64,000 nucleotides of DNA from an uncultured Bacilli bacterium (GCA_947632115.1 CANROB010000007.1:67-64066); one strand, 5' to 3'. Positions 18,702 through 28,903 are shown, counted from the first letter of the stretch. The notes: generated by a model from the letters alone, not told the origin. Numbers and translations are program-made.

Positions 18702-19796
18702 ATTCTTTTTTTCATAAATAATAAGCGGAATTAGTACTTCATCCTCTGTAATTCCGGCGTGAACAGAGCGAAAAATAGGACTTTTCTCATCATACCGGAA
18801 ATATTTATTAGAAACGGCAATTGCTAAAAAATCGCCCAAACATTCCTGAAAATGAGGGTGTTCACGGCCTAAACCAAAGAAGTTATTATCAATTACTTCT
18901 TTTTTCGTATAAAGATTAAAGTACGGTTCAAAATACTTTTGAAATAATTTTTCAAACTCTAGTTCTTTTCCTTCTTCCACATAAAAGGAACAAGTTCTAG
19001 ATTCAATCGAAGTCTCTTGCCTTAGAAGCCTGAAAAGATCGGGGTAATCCCTTAACGTAATAGCTTCCCCATCCACATGTCCATGATCTGCTAAAACAAT
19101 CACTAGAGCATCTTTTATTTCATTACAAAGTTCTTCTGTCATTTTTTCTTGCTCTTCCATTTTTTCAATGACAGCGGGATCCATCGTCCCTACTTCATGC
19201 ATAGTATAATCCGGTTCGGTATCATAACAATAAATGAGTTTTTTCCCAGGGAGTTTTGTACATTCTAAGATTTTTTCATTTCGCTCTTTTAAATTGTGAT
19301 AATCCCCTTTAAAAGAATAAAATTCAAACGTATTATGCTTTTTTTGAATACTTTCAAAAATGCTTTGATAAGCATAATATTTTGTTGCAAGTGGCTCACC
19401 CGGAACTACTTCCTCACTATCTTTTAACGTATTAAAAAACATAGTAACCGTTTTATCTTCTTCTTTAAAATATAAATCCCAGCCAAGCCATCCATGTTCT
19501 TTCGGATACTTTCCACTATAAAGACTAGTCGTAGAAGAAACGGTAGTTGGTGGGAAAGCAGCATGAATGGTATCTACTTCATGGGTTCTAAAGAATCCAT
19601 CCTCTTTTAAGTTTTTACGTAAGAGATTAGAACCCATTCCATCATAAAGAAGAAGAACGATATTTTGATACCCCTTTTCTAGATAAGAATCTAAAACGGG
19701 TAAGGTTTCATGATAGGTCTCACAGCCAAAATATTTTAAAAGCGAATTTGCTACATTCACAATGGAATGATGGGGATTTGGAAATAAAACTTTCAT
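18693..19796 (-). CDS. alkaline-phosphatase-superfamily (nucleotide pyrophosphatase/phosphodiesterase-like) protein
   Basis: LLLYDGMGSN, FPPTTVSSTTSLYSGKYPKEHGW and LADHGH metal-site-like motifs. Confidence 0.65.
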   Translation of the reverse strand: MKVLFPNPHHSIVNVANSLLKYFGCETYHETLPVLDSYLEKGYQNIVLLLYDGMGSNLLRKNLKEDGFFRTHEVDTIHAAFPPTTVSSTTSLYSGKYPKEHGWLGWDLYFKEEDKTVTMFFNTLKDSEEVVPGEPLATKYYAYQSIFESIQKKHNTFEFYSFKGDYHNLKERNEKILECTKLPGKKLIYCYDTEPDYTMHEVGTMDPAVIEKMEEQEKMTEELCNEIKDALVIVLADHGHVDGEAITLRDYPDLFRLLRQETSIESRTCSFYVEEGKELEFEKLFQKYFEPYFNLYTKKEVIDNNFFGLGREHPHFQECLGDFLAIAVSNKYFRYDEKSPIFRSVHAGITEDEVLIPLIIYEKKNLD

Positions 19797-19844
19797 AGTA
19801 TCACCATATCCATTATAACAAAAAAGATAGTGTTTGACTATCTT

Positions 19845-21215
19845 TTAAAAAGTAATTTTAGAAGCAATATATTCCTCTAACTCACTTAAAGGAACTACTT
19901 CTTGTATCATCGTATCCCTACTTCTTACCGTTACTGTTTGATGATTTATGGTCTCATCATCTACCGTTACACAAAAAGGAGTTCCGGCAACATCTTGTCT
20001 TCGATATCTTTTTCCAATAGAAGCCGTCTCATCATAAGTAGTTGGAAAGCGTTTCGCTAATGTGGTATAAATCTCATTTGCTTTTTCTCCATGATACTTC
20101 TTATTAAGTGGAAATACTGCTACCTTATAAGGGGCAAGCGCTGGATGAATTTTCATAACCTCTCTTGTCTCTCCATTTTCAAGAGTCTCTTCCTCATAAG
20201 CATTATCCAAAATAGCCAAAACTAATCGGTCACAACCTACTGTTGATTCAATGATATAAGGAATATATTTCTCATTTGTCTCAGCATCTAAATATTCCTG
20301 TGATACTTTTGAATATTCTTGATGTCTTGATAAATCGTAATTGGTCCGGTTATGGGTACCATTAATTTCTCCCCAACCAAAGCAGAAGTCATATTCAATA
20401 TCACAAGCAGCCTTGGCATAGTGAGCAAGTTTTTCATGATCATGATATCTTAGTTTTTCTTCTGGAATTCCTAAATCCATAAAGAATTTTTTCGCGTATT
20501 CTTTAAAGTAATCATAAAGTTCTCCGTCTGTACCCTCTTTACAGAATGTTTGATATTCCATTTGTTCAAATTCAATCGTTCTAAAGGTAAAATTTCCTGG
20601 TGTGATTTCATTTCTAAAAGCCTTTCCTACTTGACCAATACTAAAAGGTAGTTTTGCTCTCATAGAACGTTGAACATTTAAAAAGTTAACATACTCGCCT
20701 TGGGCATTTTCAGGGCGAAGATATACTTTATTCTTGCTATCCTCTGTGACTCCCCGATGGGTTTCAAACATCAAATTGAATTGACGAATATCGGTAAAAT
20801 CACTTTTTCCACAGTTTGGACAAGGAACTTTATGTTCCTTAATATAAGCAATCATCTCTTCTTGCGTCATCCCGTCAGCATGAGCACTCTCATCAAAATC
20901 ATCGATTAAATTATCTGCTCTATGTCTTACTTTACAGTGTTTACAATCGATTAATGGGTCAGAGAAAGAAGCCACATGTCCAGATGCTTCCCATACTCTA
21001 GGATGCATTAAAATAGCAGCATCTACTTCATAGGCATTTGCTCGCTCTTGAATAAACCGTTTTCTCCAAGCATCTTTAATATTGTTTTTTAATCTACTTC
21101 CTAAAGGACCGTAATCCCAAGTATTAGCAAGTCCCCCATAAATTTCACTTCCTTGAAAAATAAATCCATAAGTTTTACATACATTGACTAATTTTTCCAT
21201 TGTTAATTTTTCCAT
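19845..21215 (-). CDS. glyQS: glycine--tRNA ligase (alpha2 type)
   Basis: MEKLTMEKLVNVCKTYGFIFQGSEIYGGLANTWDYGPLG and class II aaRS motifs. Start trimmed to the ATG with GGAGG 6 nt upstream. Confidence 0.95.
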   Translation of the reverse strand: MEKLTMEKLVNVCKTYGFIFQGSEIYGGLANTWDYGPLGSRLKNNIKDAWRKRFIQERANAYEVDAAILMHPRVWEASGHVASFSDPLIDCKHCKVRHRADNLIDDFDESAHADGMTQEEMIAYIKEHKVPCPNCGKSDFTDIRQFNLMFETHRGVTEDSKNKVYLRPENAQGEYVNFLNVQRSMRAKLPFSIGQVGKAFRNEITPGNFTFRTIEFEQMEYQTFCKEGTDGELYDYFKEYAKKFFMDLGIPEEKLRYHDHEKLAHYAKAACDIEYDFCFGWGEINGTHNRTNYDLSRHQEYSKVSQEYLDAETNEKYIPYIIESTVGCDRLVLAILDNAYEEETLENGETREVMKIHPALAPYKVAVFPLNKKYHGEKANEIYTTLAKRFPTTYDETASIGKRYRRQDVAGTPFCVTVDDETINHQTVTVRSRDTMIQEVVPLSELEEYIASKITF

Positions 21216-21237
21216 ACATTTCCTCCCTTTTCTATTT

Positions 21238-22053
21238 TTATTCCTCACTACTTGATAGTGTGAACTTTTCATTATCGCGTTTGACATAACGATAAACTTT
21301 TTCTTTTAGCTCTGGTGCTTTATCAATGCCTGTTACTAAAATACTTCCCCAATTATAGGCAACACATTCTTTTTCATTCCATTTCATCATAGAAAAGCCA
21401 CCATTCTTTCTAGCAAATAAAGTAATCATTTCCTCCATATTGGAAATCTCTTCTGAATCAATGGTACCATCTTCCCTTCGATCAGTGCGATAGTAGATTG
21501 TATGCATTGGGCATATCCTAGAATAATCATTTCCTTTTTCATAGTAAAAAGATCTTCCTCTTAAAAAAGGAGTCCCATCAGAAACACTCAAAGACATATT
21601 GATGACATCTTCCTTTTCTAGGCAATCACTCACTAGCTGAAAACCATCCGATAGACTTCTTCTTTCTAGTTTCGCAATCATCGTCTGAAATTTTTCAATC
21701 GCTAAATCCGTAAAATAAATCGTGAGGCCTTTTGTACTTACTTTTACACACTCTTGATAAAAGCGACGAAAGCGTGTTGGCAAAAGAGAATTAGTACCCC
21801 GATAAAATTCCGTAATCTCTCTTCCTTCTAATTCTTGATTCAGAAATTCCTGTGGGAATTCTTTTCTATTTTCTTCACTTATTTTTATTAGTTCCTGTTG
21901 CTTTTCTAAAGAAATATGAGAAGGTAAATCTACAAACTGAGCTTTCAAGCGGATATTAATACCAAGTACCCCTTTTCTAATCTCTTCTTTAGCAGAAACC
22001 AACAACTCCTTTTTTTCCCGTTTGATAAAATTTTCTACTTGAACGTTTTTCAT
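21238..22053 (-). CDS. hypothetical protein located between the T-box-like leader and glyQS
   Basis: 271-aa ORF with a GGAGGG RBS and coding-like composition. Ends 22 nt before the glyQS start. No motif recognised. Confidence 0.6.
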   Translation of the reverse strand: MKNVQVENFIKREKKELLVSAKEEIRKGVLGINIRLKAQFVDLPSHISLEKQQELIKISEENRKEFPQEFLNQELEGREITEFYRGTNSLLPTRFRRFYQECVKVSTKGLTIYFTDLAIEKFQTMIAKLERRSLSDGFQLVSDCLEKEDVINMSLSVSDGTPFLRGRSFYYEKGNDYSRICPMHTIYYRTDRREDGTIDSEEISNMEEMITLFARKNGGFSMMKWNEKECVAYNWGSILVTGIDKAPELKEKVYRYVKRDNEKFTLSSSEE

Positions 22054-22065
22054 AACCCTCCTAAA

Positions 22066-22218
22066 ACAAAAAAACTCCTAGAACGATAGGGACGAATAAT
22101 CTCCGCGGTTCCACCCTACTTATTCTAGAAGAATCTCTCTTAATTATATTGCTCGAGGTTGCCAAGCCCGTCATCGCATTGATACCTAGATTTTAATACA
22201 AACCCTATCATTTGTCAA
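22066..22218 (-). promoter_or_regulatory. promoter plus very short T-box-like leader (putative Gly specifier GGC)
   Basis: Minus strand has TTGACA-17-TAAAAT (22213-22218 and 22190-22195). It is followed by GCGAUGA...GGCA...CUCGAGCA (22150-22178). The T-box core AGGGUGGAACCGCG lies around 22104-22117, and a U7 run is at 22068-22074. Confidence 0.65.
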
Positions 22219-22228
22219 GGAGGTAACT

Positions 22229-22966
22229 CTAAGAAAGTTTTGCTAACTCTTTGACAAAATTTTTACTTTTTAAATAAAGACCGGTATAGCGATCATAATA
22301 ATTATCTAAAAATTCATTAATTTCTCTTTTTACTTCTTGACTAACTTCTAATTTTTCAATCTTACTAATTTGAACATAGTAATACATCCGGATTAATTGA
22401 ATAGCTTTCTTAGAAATAATAGGCTCATTCGTTCTACAGTGAGAACAAAGATACCCCCCTTTATCACTAGAAAGCGTAATGATATCAGTCTTTCTTCCAC
22501 AAATCGAACAAGCATCTAAAACCGGTAACACCCCTAGATAATCTAAATACTTTAACTCAATCATATTCATGATGACTAAAGGGTCAAACCCTTCATTAAT
22601 TTTTAATAAACTTTCGATTAATAAGGCATAGATTGTCGATACTAACGAGGTCTGCTTTACTACTTGCTCGGATAAATCGACTAAAAAAGAAGCATAACTT
22701 AACTTTTCAATATCTTTTTTAATCTCTTTTAAAGGATTTAGAATATTTACCTCAGAAAGAATAGAGAGTTTATCTTTTTTATAATAAATGGTAAATTTTC
22801 CATAACTTAATTTATCTGTCACACTACGAAGAGGACTTTTTAAAGTCCTACAGCCATGCACCATCATCCCAATTACCCCATATTCTTTGGTAAATACGTT
22901 AATGATTTTGCTTGTCTCTCCGTAGGCCTTTTCACTAATGACAATTCCTTCTACTATCTCAATCAT
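22229..22966 (-). CDS. recO: DNA repair protein RecO
   Basis: MIEIVEGIVISEKAYGETSKIINVFT N-terminus and a CxxC...CxxC zinc motif (CSICG...CSHC). Gene order is era-x-recO-glyQS. Confidence 0.9.
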   Translation of the reverse strand: MIEIVEGIVISEKAYGETSKIINVFTKEYGVIGMMVHGCRTLKSPLRSVTDKLSYGKFTIYYKKDKLSILSEVNILNPLKEIKKDIEKLSYASFLVDLSEQVVKQTSLVSTIYALLIESLLKINEGFDPLVIMNMIELKYLDYLGVLPVLDACSICGRKTDIITLSSDKGGYLCSHCRTNEPIISKKAIQLIRMYYYVQISKIEKLEVSQEVKREINEFLDNYYDRYTGLYLKSKNFVKELAKLS

Positions 22967-22967
22967 A

Positions 22968-23231
22968 TTACCGAAACGTAATCGCATCATCTACTAATTC
23001 AAAGTGATATTGTTGTACACAATCTGGATACTTCTTCTTATCTACTTTTTGATTAAATAAGTCATAAGACCTCACCCAAATGGTACGATCACTTCCTAAG
23101 GATTCATAGACAACTACTTGTTTTGCTTCCTCGCCAATACACACCTCAGAATCTTTTGCAAGACAAATCACACGGTAATAATTCCCACTCATATGTCTAT
23201 AAATCTTTCCGACAATGATATCCCTTTCCAT
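22968..23231 (-). CDS. DUF1653-like small protein
   Basis: YRHMSGNYYRV...VVVYESL....WVRSYDLF pattern. Confidence 0.6.
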   Translation of the reverse strand: MERDIIVGKIYRHMSGNYYRVICLAKDSEVCIGEEAKQVVVYESLGSDRTIWVRSYDLFNQKVDKKKYPDCVQQYHFELVDDAITFR

Positions 23232-23364
23232 CTAATTCTCTCCTAACTTCTTCTTTATACCGAAGATAATATTCTATTTTCCCCGTCGTTACAAAAAGGC
23301 TCCATAGTAAATCTTTCATCGTATCACCATTTTCATAATGAGAAGAATTTTCTTTTTTTATACA

Positions 23365-24252
23365 TTACTGTTCAAAATCATGAAATCCATATTCTTCTAG
23401 ATACTTTTCTTTATCTCGCCAATCTTTTACGGTTTTGACGTGTAAATCTAGATAGACATTACGATTTAATAATTTTTCTAAATCTTTTCTAGCGCGAATA
23501 CCGATTTCTTTAATCATCGCTCCATGTGCGCCAATCACGATTTTCTTAAGGGAATCGCGGTCCACAATAATATCAATCGTAATCGTGTAACTAGTTCTTC
23601 CGACCTCAACGGTATTGGTAACACAAGTAATAGAGTGAGGAACTTCTTCCTCGGTTAAGTCCATTACTTTTTCTCTTACAATTTCACTCATCATAAATTC
23701 TAAGGAACGATTCGTGATATCGGATTCCCCGTAATAACGGATTTCATCCGGTAAATACGTTTTTAATACCTGTATCAATTCCTTTAAATTGTCTTTTTTT
23801 AAGGCAGAAACCGGAACAATTTCCTTAAAAGGATAGAGATCTTTATACTCTAAAATCTTTTGCATAATCTCTTCTTTGGATAGTTTATCAATTTTATTAA
23901 GAACAAGAAGAACTGGTTTATCTACTTGTTTTAATTTTTCAATAATAAACTCATCCCCTTTTCCGAATGGTTCTTTCGCATCGACTAAAAAAAGAAGGAG
24001 GTCTGCATCTTCCATACTATAATAAGCTTGTTTATTTAAAAGTTCTCCTAGTTTATGATTCGGTTTATGAATGCCTGGCGTATCTAAAAAAACAATTTGT
24101 GTATCCTCTTCATTATAAATTCCTTGAATGACATTTCTTGTCGTCTGGGGTTTAGAAGTAGTAATGGCAACTTTTTTCCCAACGATACTATTTACAAGCG
24201 TACTTTTCCCAACATTTGGTCTACCAATTAAGCCAACAAACCCACTACGCAT
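23365..24252 (-). CDS. era: GTPase Era
   Basis: GRPNVGKST P-loop, DTPG, NKID, and a KH domain at the C-terminus. Confidence 0.95.
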   Translation of the reverse strand: MRSGFVGLIGRPNVGKSTLVNSIVGKKVAITTSKPQTTRNVIQGIYNEEDTQIVFLDTPGIHKPNHKLGELLNKQAYYSMEDADLLLFLVDAKEPFGKGDEFIIEKLKQVDKPVLLVLNKIDKLSKEEIMQKILEYKDLYPFKEIVPVSALKKDNLKELIQVLKTYLPDEIRYYGESDITNRSLEFMMSEIVREKVMDLTEEEVPHSITCVTNTVEVGRTSYTITIDIIVDRDSLKKIVIGAHGAMIKEIGIRARKDLEKLLNRNVYLDLHVKTVKDWRDKEKYLEEYGFHDFEQ

Positions 24253-24643
24253 GCTCTAAATCCTCACTTGAAAAAGGGTATGGGCATAATTCGGAAACGG
24301 TATGAACCTCTTCTTCTCCCATAGGATTCATACAAACGACCTTACAATCTTTCTCCATAAATTCACTAATAACCGCACGACAAACAAAACAAGGCATACC
24401 AATTTTCTCATTATCACACATCACATAAAGCGTATCAAAATCTAGACGTTTATAGCCATGAGAAACCGCTCCTAAAATCGCACTTCTCTCCGCACAAATT
24501 GTAGCTCCATAAGTAGCATTTTCGACATTCACGCCTTCAAAACTTTGTCCATCCTTCATCACTACAATGGCTGCTACCCGAAAATGCGAATACGGACTAT
24601 AACTATTTTCCAATAAACGATTTAATCTTTCTTTCATATTCAC
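24245..24643 (-). CDS. cdd: cytidine deaminase
   Basis: CAERSA and PCFVCR zinc-binding motifs. Confidence 0.9.
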   Translation of the reverse strand: MNMKERLNRLLENSYSPYSHFRVAAIVVMKDGQSFEGVNVENATYGATICAERSAILGAVSHGYKRLDFDTLYVMCDNEKIGMPCFVCRAVISEFMEKDCKVVCMNPMGEEEVHTVSELCPYPFSSEDLEHA

Positions 24644-25057
24644 CTACCAAAAAGTTTCTACCAATTCTATGATTTTAGGAATATACATCACGAGTCCTAC
24701 GGCAATTCCAACCGTAGATAGGACAAATGTTGCCGCACTTCCACAATCCTTAGCAATTTTAACATAAGGATTATATTCGGGACTCACTAGGTTGCACACA
24801 GCCTCAATAGCCGTATTTAAAAGTTCCGCGGAAAGAATCATTACCAAAAGAAGAATGATGACTAGCCATTCCATAGGACTCATATGAAGCATCCAAGCAC
24901 CCATCAGTCCCAATATTGAAGCCACTAGATAGACAATGGCGCTTCTTTCATATTGAAAAAAATATTGAAGTCCCTGAAGAGAATACTGAATAATACGAAA
25001 TAAATTCTTTGGGTGAAAATCCTTTTTATCTCTTTTCTTAGTCCCTTGTGATTCCAT
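24644..25057 (-). CDS. dgkA: diacylglycerol/undecaprenol kinase
   Basis: Three TM segments and the ELLNTAIE motif; conserved position between ybeY and cdd. Confidence 0.85.
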   Translation of the reverse strand: MESQGTKKRDKKDFHPKNLFRIIQYSLQGLQYFFQYERSAIVYLVASILGLMGAWMLHMSPMEWLVIILLLVMILSAELLNTAIEAVCNLVSPEYNPYVKIAKDCGSAATFVLSTVGIAVGLVMYIPKIIELVETFW

Positions 25058-25487
25058 ATTCCTCTAATATCCTTTCTTGCAAAGAAAACATCTCTTCCTC
25101 GTCTTCTTTCTTCATGTGATCATATCCTAATAAATGTAATAAACCATGAATCGCCAAAAAACAAATTTCTCGCTTTAGGCTATGTCCATATTCTTTCGCT
25201 TGTTCTCTTGCCCGATCAAGAGAAATGTAAATATCTCCTAGAATACGAAAATCGGTCTTGATAAAGGTATCATCATCCTCAAGCGCAAAAGAAATAACAT
25301 CAGTCTCCCGGTCAATCCCACGATATTCTTTATTCAGTCTATGAATCTCTTTATTATCTACTATAATGATATTAAAGATAACCCTCTCTAACTTTAAATA
25401 AGAAAGCGCAAAAGTTAAAAGTCCATCTAGACTTTTTAACTCTTCAATATCCTCTTTTGTATTATTAATAATCTCATAAGAATTCAT
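25038..25487 (-). CDS. ybeY: rRNA maturation endoribonuclease YbeY
   Basis: HGLLHLLGYDH metal-binding motif. Confidence 0.92.
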   Translation of the reverse strand: MNSYEIINNTKEDIEELKSLDGLLTFALSYLKLERVIFNIIIVDNKEIHRLNKEYRGIDRETDVISFALEDDDTFIKTDFRILGDIYISLDRAREQAKEYGHSLKREICFLAIHGLLHLLGYDHMKKEDEEEMFSLQERILEEYGITRD

Positions 25488-25568
25488 GATTCTCACGTCC
25501 TTTTTACTATTTTTATTATATCGAATTTTACCTGCTTTTACAAGAAAAAAAGAAATCTTCCGATTTCC

Positions 25569-26105
25569 TCATCTTTCACTTTCTTCCCCTTTGAAAAGGG
25601 TTTTAAAACGATAAAATAGGTAATAGATAACATATCCGATAAATCCACCCATCAAATTGAGAAGAATATCATCAATATCAAAAACCCGACCAATTTGTAA
25701 TTGAATAAATTCAATCGTAAGAGAAAGAACAAATGTCAAAACTAAAATGATAAGAGGTTTTCTTTCTTTTAAAAAATAAGAAGTAAAAAATCCATAAGGA
25801 ACAAATAAAAGCATATTTCCTAGAACATTTTTCATAAATAAGCGACTTCCAAAAGGATAGCGAAACATTTCCTTAAACGGTTCAAAATTAGAAGTTGCCC
25901 AAGAACCATCAATATCTTGAAAAGTAACGGCATAGAAAAGACAAATAATATAAATAATAAACGTTAAAGAAAGGAATTCCTCAAAAACATGAAACTTTTT
26001 TCGATACTTAAAAAGATAAGTAACTCTTAACGTAATAGCAATCACTGAACAAATAATAACCGTTGGTAATGTCCCCGCAAAAATACTAAGAAGAGCCCTC
26101 TTCAT
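25569..26105 (-). CDS. VanZ-family membrane protein
   Basis: Polytopic protein with NMLLFVPYGF and IDDILLNLMGG motifs. Start set at the ATG preceded by GAGGAGG, inside the yqfD 3' end. Confidence 0.7.
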   Translation of the reverse strand: MKRALLSIFAGTLPTVIICSVIAITLRVTYLFKYRKKFHVFEEFLSLTFIIYIICLFYAVTFQDIDGSWATSNFEPFKEMFRYPFGSRLFMKNVLGNMLLFVPYGFFTSYFLKERKPLIILVLTFVLSLTIEFIQLQIGRVFDIDDILLNLMGGFIGYVIYYLFYRFKTLFKGEESER

Positions 26106-27285
26106 GTTCTTCCTCCTCATAAAGTGGAATTTCAAGATAATCCGTAATATCTTCATAGACACTAAAGAAAACTTGAAGTCTTACTCCATCACTTTCTACT
26201 TCCTCGTGAATGACTCTATTTTTTAAAATCTTCTCATCGCCACTTAAGGTATTCTCTATTTTAGTAGTAGCTAATAAAATGGCTTTTTCCTTTGCTTCTT
26301 CAGGCGTTGTAATGGAAGAAGTCGTATGAACCTCTTCTTGAAAGTCCCGCACAAGTCTAATAGGAATTGGTCTTTTTTCTAATAGAATCTCACTACGATA
26401 TATTTTATCATAAAAGGGATGAAAATTAAAGAGTTCTATCCGGTGCGTGAAAAACTCAAAAACATAAACTGTCTTCTTTTTTCCCGTTTTTACTTGTTCA
26501 AAATAACCAAAAGGATAAAAGACATCGACTTCATACCAAGTCTCTCCATAAACAGTACCGGTTGCACTTACTGTTTTTTTTATCTCTCCATTTAACGATA
26601 CATAACCACTAACAATAATATCCCCTTTTTTGACATAATCATTCTGATTTTTTAATACTTGACCGGTAGAACTTTCCACTTTTTGGATAATCGCGTCCTT
26701 TGATGCCACTAAATGGCGATAAGGAGGAGTCTCTTTTTTAGGAGTTAAAATTCTTGGTTCATAACGCACGCGATAGGTTGTCCCGATAGACTCAATTTCT
26801 AACCATTCTAACTCATTATGATGATTTTTTAAAATAGATTCTTTAATCGTCTCTAATTCTTGATAACTTTTTTGAAAATGAAATTTTTCAATATCATAAT
26901 TTTTTAATTCCAAAAGAAGCAACTCGCGCATATCTTGATCATTGGTGATAATTTCTACTTTAAAAATCATTTTTGATAAAAAAAATAAAAGAAGTAAGGC
27001 TAGTAAAATGGCAAGAAAAATCCACTTATTTTTAAAAAATGACTCTTTTTCCTTTAAAAATCCCCCATACTCTAAAATATGAATTTCATACGTCGTATTT
27101 AATTTTAAGACTTTTTCATAGTCCTTATAATAAATGATAACAAAATATTCTTCTGGTCCCTTATACTCCAGTTTTAATAAATTGATATGATTTTTAGCTA
27201 ATCGTAAAAGAAACCTCCGCGGATTTTTTCCTTGAATGACTAATTTTACCTTACTTTTTACTACTTCGATACCACGATTTTTCAA
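26086..27285 (-). CDS. yqfD: sporulation protein YqfD
   Basis: Size, a single central TM segment, position after yqfC, and an N-terminus (VKLVIQGKNPRRFLLRLAKNHINL) typical of YqfD. Confidence 0.85.
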   Translation of the reverse strand: MKNRGIEVVKSKVKLVIQGKNPRRFLLRLAKNHINLLKLEYKGPEEYFVIIYYKDYEKVLKLNTTYEIHILEYGGFLKEKESFFKNKWIFLAILLALLLLFFLSKMIFKVEIITNDQDMRELLLLELKNYDIEKFHFQKSYQELETIKESILKNHHNELEWLEIESIGTTYRVRYEPRILTPKKETPPYRHLVASKDAIIQKVESSTGQVLKNQNDYVKKGDIIVSGYVSLNGEIKKTVSATGTVYGETWYEVDVFYPFGYFEQVKTGKKKTVYVFEFFTHRIELFNFHPFYDKIYRSEILLEKRPIPIRLVRDFQEEVHTTSSITTPEEAKEKAILLATTKIENTLSGDEKILKNRVIHEEVESDGVRLQVFFSVYEDITDYLEIPLYEEEEHEEGSS

Positions 27286-27289
27286 AAGA

Positions 27290-27517
27290 TCACCTAAATT
27301 CTATTTTCTCAATCTTACCGCAAATAAAAACTTCATCCTCTAGTAGCTTTTGGACGCTCAACTCTTTTCCCTTAATGAGCAGGAGTCCCTCTTGATAGCG
27401 AATACGAATACTTTCTTCCTCGAAAGATTCAATTTCTTGATAATTGATAATGTCTATTTGATTGGGATAATAAATGATTTTAAATTCTTCGTCTAAGAAG
27501 TAAGAGCGAATAGACAT
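27290..27517 (-). CDS. yqfC: sporulation protein YqfC
   Basis: About 75 aa ending in ...ICGKIEKIEFR, immediately upstream of yqfD. The long N-terminal extension in the ORF track was rejected. Confidence 0.75.
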   Translation of the reverse strand: MSIRSYFLDEEFKIIYYPNQIDIINYQEIESFEEESIRIRYQEGLLLIKGKELSVQKLLEDEVFICGKIEKIEFR

Positions 27518-27566
27518 AACATCACCTATATTATTGTATTTTCGTGGACTAAAAAAAAGACTAATT

Positions 27567-27917
27567 TTAGTCTTTTGGATGAAATACCAGGGATAAAAGA
27601 AAGGAGAAAATAATAGCAGATACAATTCCTGATGAGGTAAGGTCAAACATACCGGTAAAAAGTCCCATGACACCAAAATTATTAACGGTATCCATAGCAC
27701 CATGAATAAGAAGATGTCCAAAACTTGTAATTGGTACTAAAGCGCCTCCTCCAGCCCACAAAACAAATTGATCATAAATATCAAAGATATCAAGAAAAGC
27801 TCCAACAACAACAAACATACTGGTAATATGTCCGGGTGTTAATTTGGTATTATCTAAAATCATTTGTCCAATAAGACAAACGGTCCCCGCAAATAAGAAT
27901 GCATTAAGATAAATCAT
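27567..27917 (-). CDS. spoVAE: stage V sporulation protein AE
   Basis: MIYLNAFLFAGTVCLIGQMILDNTKLTPGHI and position after spoVAD. GGAGGTG RBS. Confidence 0.9.
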   Translation of the reverse strand: MIYLNAFLFAGTVCLIGQMILDNTKLTPGHITSMFVVVGAFLDIFDIYDQFVLWAGGGALVPITSFGHLLIHGAMDTVNNFGVMGLFTGMFDLTSSGIVSAIIFSFLLSLVFHPKD

Positions 27918-28902
27918 CAGACACCTCCAAACTAATCGCATGGGAAACACTTGGAATAGAAAGTTTTTGATTCGTCATCGTTGGCGATAATAAAGCTCCG
28001 GTCGCGACTAATAAAACCCGTTTAATCTCTTTTTTCCGCATTTTTTCAAAAAGATAACTATAAGTCACTAAGGGAAGACAACTAGGTCCTGAACCTCCCG
28101 CAAATACTGGTTGATTTTCTAAATCATAAATCATACAAGCTGAATCATCATAATTTTTTAGTTCCATATGATACTCCACACGCATATATTCGGTTAAAAT
28201 CTTTTTTCCGTATACCCCTAAATCCCCTGTTAAAATTAAATCATAATAAGAAATATCCCGGTTGGTTTCTTTTAAATGCGTATAAATCGTACTAGCAGCA
28301 GAAGGAGCCATCGCTGCTCCCATGTGATATGGGTCGGTAATTCCTAAATCAATTACTTTCCCAATTGTCGCACTTTCTACCTTAATTGGGGATTCTTTCC
28401 TACTAAGATACGCACTAGCTGCTCCCGTTACGGTAAAAGTCGCTGTTTTTCTTTTTGGTCCCCCATACTCTACTGGTTGACGGAATTGTTTCTCACTTCC
28501 ATTATTGTGGGATGAAACGCTTACAACACAATTTTTAATTTGATCAGAATCAATCATATTGCTTCCTAAAATAAGTCCTAGTACACTTGTCGAACAAGCA
28601 GAATAAATGCCAATCAAAGGAATTCCTAAAGTAGCAGAAGCATAGTTTGTAGAGACAATTTGATTTAATAAATCTCCAGAGATATGAAGGTCTACTTCTT
28701 CTTTTAGCTTCCCTACTTTTCCTAAAACAAAATCGACACTTTCCACTAACATTTTACTTTCTGCTTGTTCCCATGTCTTTGTCCCACAATAAAAATTGTC
28801 ATAACTCTTATCATACAGTTTATTAAATGGCCCCTTGGCCTCATAAGGCCCGGTAATCGTACTAGCATCATTGATATAAACGTGATTATATTTAAATGTC
28901 AT
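27904..28902 (-). CDS. spoVAD: stage V sporulation protein AD
   Basis: Thiolase-like SpoVAD pattern (YDNFYCGTKTWEQAESKM, VSSHNN); located between spoVAC and spoVAE. Confidence 0.9.
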   Translation of the reverse strand: MTFKYNHVYINDASTITGPYEAKGPFNKLYDKSYDNFYCGTKTWEQAESKMLVESVDFVLGKVGKLKEEVDLHISGDLLNQIVSTNYASATLGIPLIGIYSACSTSVLGLILGSNMIDSDQIKNCVVSVSSHNNGSEKQFRQPVEYGGPKRKTATFTVTGAASAYLSRKESPIKVESATIGKVIDLGITDPYHMGAAMAPSAASTIYTHLKETNRDISYYDLILTGDLGVYGKKILTEYMRVEYHMELKNYDDSACMIYDLENQPVFAGGSGPSCLPLVTYSYLFEKMRKKEIKRVLLVATGALLSPTMTNQKLSIPSVSHAISLEVSDDLS

Positions 28903-28903
28903 A

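Noticed and set aside
21216-21287. N-terminal 24-codon extension of the glyQS ORF
   Set aside because: It overlaps the upstream 271-aa ORF. The conserved GlyRS N-terminus starts at the ATG at 21215, which has GGAGG 6 nt upstream.
27518-27721. 68-codon N-terminal extension of yqfC
   Set aside because: It overlaps the spoVAE 3' end in another frame. YqfC proteins are about 75-95 aa, and the extension is an odd W/F/P-rich sequence.
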